A DNA stretch of 18,338 nt. Source: a candidate division WOR-3 bacterium (lineage in GTDB: Bacteria > Hydrothermota > Tepidihabitantia > Tepidihabitantales > CAIPLT01). The notes below the pieces were generated by a model. It worked only from the letters and a program-made list of their open reading frames with translations, was not told where the DNA came from and made no database searches. The stretch is from contig CBFGJZ010000003.1 in the NCBI GenBank assembly GCA_965649215.1, forward strand, positions 79,504 through 97,841, given 5' to 3'. Both the position numbers and the translations under genes were made by a program. This document shows, in pieces, positions 16,331 to 18,338 of the stretch (positions are counted from its first letter, which is position 1; each line of letters starts with the position of its first letter).

Positions 16331-17337
16331 TGTTTTTTAATCATGTATTCAATTAAATCAATAACTCGACTTGCATAACCCCATTCATTATCATACCAGG
16401 CAAAGAGTTTTACCAAGTTATTGTCAATCACGCTCGTTAAGGTTGAATCAAAAATTGCTGAATATGGACTGCCAGTAAAATCAATTGATACCAAAGGCTC
16501 AGTCAGATATTGGACATATTTCTTCATCGGTCCACTACAAGCTTTTTTAAAAGCCGCATTCACTTCATCTTTATTCGTATCCTTATCAACCACACAACTC
16601 AAATCAACTAACGACACATCAGCCGTCGGCACTCTAATTGCCACACCGTCAATCTTACCTTTCAGTTCCGGAAAGACAACGCCAATTAACTTTGCTGCAC
16701 CGGTCGAAGTTGGAATCATCGACATTGCCGCAGCTCGCGCTCGACGCAGGTCTTTGTGGGGCGCATCCAAAATGCGTTGATCTTGGGTATAAGCATGAAT
16801 TGTTGTCATATAGCCCCGTTTAATCTTAAAATTTTCGTGCAGGATCTTGGCAATTGGTACAACACAATTAGTGGTGCAGGATGCATTCGAAACAATGAGA
16901 TCATTCTTGGGATCATAAATTGCTTCGTTGACGCCCATCACAATTGACTTAATTGGTGTATCTCCTTTAGGTGGTGCTGTGATTAAAACTCGTTTTGCGC
17001 CGGCATCCAAATGCAATTTTGCTTTATCATAGGATGTAAACTTACCGGTTGCTTCGCAGACCAAATCAATCTTGAGATCTTTCCATGGTAGTTTCGTAGG
17101 GTCACTTTCCGAAAAAACTTTCACTTCTTCTCCATTTACCAAAAATGATTTATCTAGCGCTTCGATATTGTCTGGCATCATCCGATGCACAGAATCATAT
17201 TTCAAAAGATGTGCCAAGGTTTTAGCATCAGTAATATCATTAACCGCAACGAATTCAATGTTCTTGCTCTTTAAACCAATTCTCAAAATCAACCGGCCAA
17301 TACGACCAAAACCATTAATTGCAACTCTCAATGGCAT
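16327..17337 (-). CDS. gap: Type I glyceraldehyde-3-phosphate dehydrogenase
   Basis: INGFGRIGR, catalytic SNASCTTNC, RRARAAA, WYDNEWGY; ATGA overlap with pgk; SD GAGGAGG. Confidence 0.99.
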   Translation of the reverse strand: MPLRVAINGFGRIGRLILRIGLKSKNIEFVAVNDITDAKTLAHLLKYDSVHRMMPDNIEALDKSFLVNGEEVKVFSESDPTKLPWKDLKIDLVCEATGKFTSYDKAKLHLDAGAKRVLITAPPKGDTPIKSIVMGVNEAIYDPKNDLIVSNASCTTNCVVPIAKILHENFKIKRGYMTTIHAYTQDQRILDAPHKDLRRARAAAMSMIPTSTGAAKLIGVVFPELKGKIDGVAIRVPTADVSLVDLSCVVDKDTNKDEVNAAFKKACSGPMKKYVQYLTEPLVSIDFTGSPYSAIFDSTLTSVIDNNLVKLFAWYDNEWGYASRVIDLIEYMIKKQ

Positions 17338-17427
17338 AAAGCCTCCTCTTGTTTTATATCTTTGTTAGAACTACTCATTTTTCTCTGTATATCTCTGTAA
17401 TAAGTGATAAAAAAACAATTATCCTTT

Positions 17428-17456
17428 AGTATATCATAGAACAAACTAACTGTCAA
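17428..17456 (-). promoter_or_regulatory. sigma70-type promoter of gap operon
   Basis: TTGACA (17456-17451), 17 bp spacer, TATACT (17433-17428) with an extended -10 TGn. Confidence 0.75.
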
Positions 17457-17502
17457 CTCCAACTATGTTTTGCCATTTGGTTTCCTTTGCGATAAAAACC
17501 AC

Positions 17503-17526
17503 AAGTTCTATTTATAAATAGAACTT
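17503..17526. repeat. Perfect 24-bp palindrome
   Basis: AAGTTCTATTTA|TAAATAGAACTT is an exact inverted repeat with no spacer. Confidence 0.9.
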
Positions 17527-17907
17527 ATTTAAGCTAATTATTGTTTCTAACTCTCTCATCACCAACAAGAAATATTCAACTTCCACCTCTCAAGGGGTAT
17601 AGGCCGGTGCTTGAATTAGCAAAGCATTAAATCGTGCAGTTTAGTTATCTTTTCTCTTAAAACTATTTCCTTATAGTTATCTTCTCAGAAATCTATTTAG
17701 CCAATTGCCTCTTATTGTCTGTATTAATAAGCCGCTTATTTTATTTCGCATTAACTCAGTCCTTGTGTGATTCTTCATTTTAATCCTTTCTTGCCGCTCT
17801 AATTTGGGAACTGGCCCAGGCGGTAGATATAGGCCTTTTGATGAATTTTGTTAATTTCAATCATTAATAATTATTAGTTGTAGTTAGCTCATGTGCAGAG
17901 TTGAATA

Positions 17908-17935
17908 TTGATATCTTATTAATTGTTAATATAAT
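17908..17935 (+). promoter_or_regulatory. Putative sigma70-type promoter of the TPR-like gene
   Basis: TTGATA (17908-17913), 16 bp spacer, TATAAT (17930-17935). Confidence 0.5.
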
Positions 17936-17972
17936 AAATTAACACTTTATTAAGCTGTTTGCTTTAAGATAA

Positions 17973-18338
17973 ATGATGCCGATGAGCAAATCATTTTTAA
18001 TTCATAGCATCTTCACAATAATTTCGCTAACGACCAATTTATTTTCAGAAGACACCCTTATCTCAAAAGCCCTTCATTTATTCGAAACGCGCTGGGAAAA
18101 CCCTGCTTATTTAAATCAAAGTGCACAAATATTAGAAAGTGTTATTGCAAAAGATCCAAACAACTTATTGGCTCATTATAAATTGGCTCAGATTTATTAT
18201 ACTCTTGCCGATCGCAGTTTATCGCGAAGCGAAAAATTAAACTATTTTGAGCAAGGCCTTAATTATGCCAAGAAAGCAATTACACTTGACTCCAATTCAG
18301 TTTGGGCACATTTTTGGTATATGGCAAATCTTGGTGGC
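17973..18338 (+). CDS. Exported TPR-like helical repeat protein, 3' truncated
   Basis: Not in ORF track. Open from ATG 17973 (alt. 17976/17982) to the window end: MMPMSKSFLIHSIFTIISLTTNLFSEDTLISKALHLFETRWENP...AKDPNNLLAHYKLAQIYY...FEQGLNYAKKAITLDSNSVWAHFWYMANLGG. Shows TPR-type turn motifs (A-x-x-x-D-P-N-N). Confidence 0.8.
   Translation, partial: MMPMSKSFLIHSIFTIISLTTNLFSEDTLISKALHLFETRWENPAYLNQSAQILESVIAKDPNNLLAHYKLAQIYYTLADRSLSRSEKLNYFEQGLNYAKKAITLDSNSVWAHFWYMANLGG

Noticed and set aside
1048-17368. Short alternative-frame and antisense ORFs in the track (e.g. 1048-1302, 2357-2731, 8575-9057, 16421-16780, 17072-17368)
   Set aside because: All lie wholly or almost wholly within well-supported genes and show no recognisable motifs.
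17460-17970. CRISPR array, riboswitch or known ncRNA in the long intergenic region
   Set aside because: No regularly spaced repeats or recognisable consensus; only short imperfect duplications (e.g. TATAGGCC twice).

Overview
AT-rich chromosomal window from a diderm bacterium. The outer-membrane beta-barrel and the secreted proteins with T9SS-like/FlgD-Ig C-terminal domains suggest an FCB-adjacent lineage such as WOR-3, but this is inference only. Right half (minus strand): gap-pgk-tpiA-secG-rplU (no rpmA), then two secreted CTD-bearing proteins converging on tRNA-Val(CAC) and a plus-strand FadL-like beta-barrel gene. Left half (minus strand): fabD, two orphan Mrp/complex-I antiporter-like subunits, a Cache-HAMP histidine kinase translationally coupled to an archaemetzincin zinc protease, and a sigma54 NtrC-family regulator. 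These are followed by a near-consensus -24/-12 sigma54 promoter driving a gene absent from the ORF track (619..<1), which encodes a Cys-rich N-terminal domain fused to a GcvH-like domain that appears to lack the lipoyl-lysine. This kinase/protease/enhancer/GcvH-like module is the best candidate for an undescribed system. A partial TPR-like gene, also absent from the track, starts at 17973. No mobile elements or CRISPR arrays were seen.
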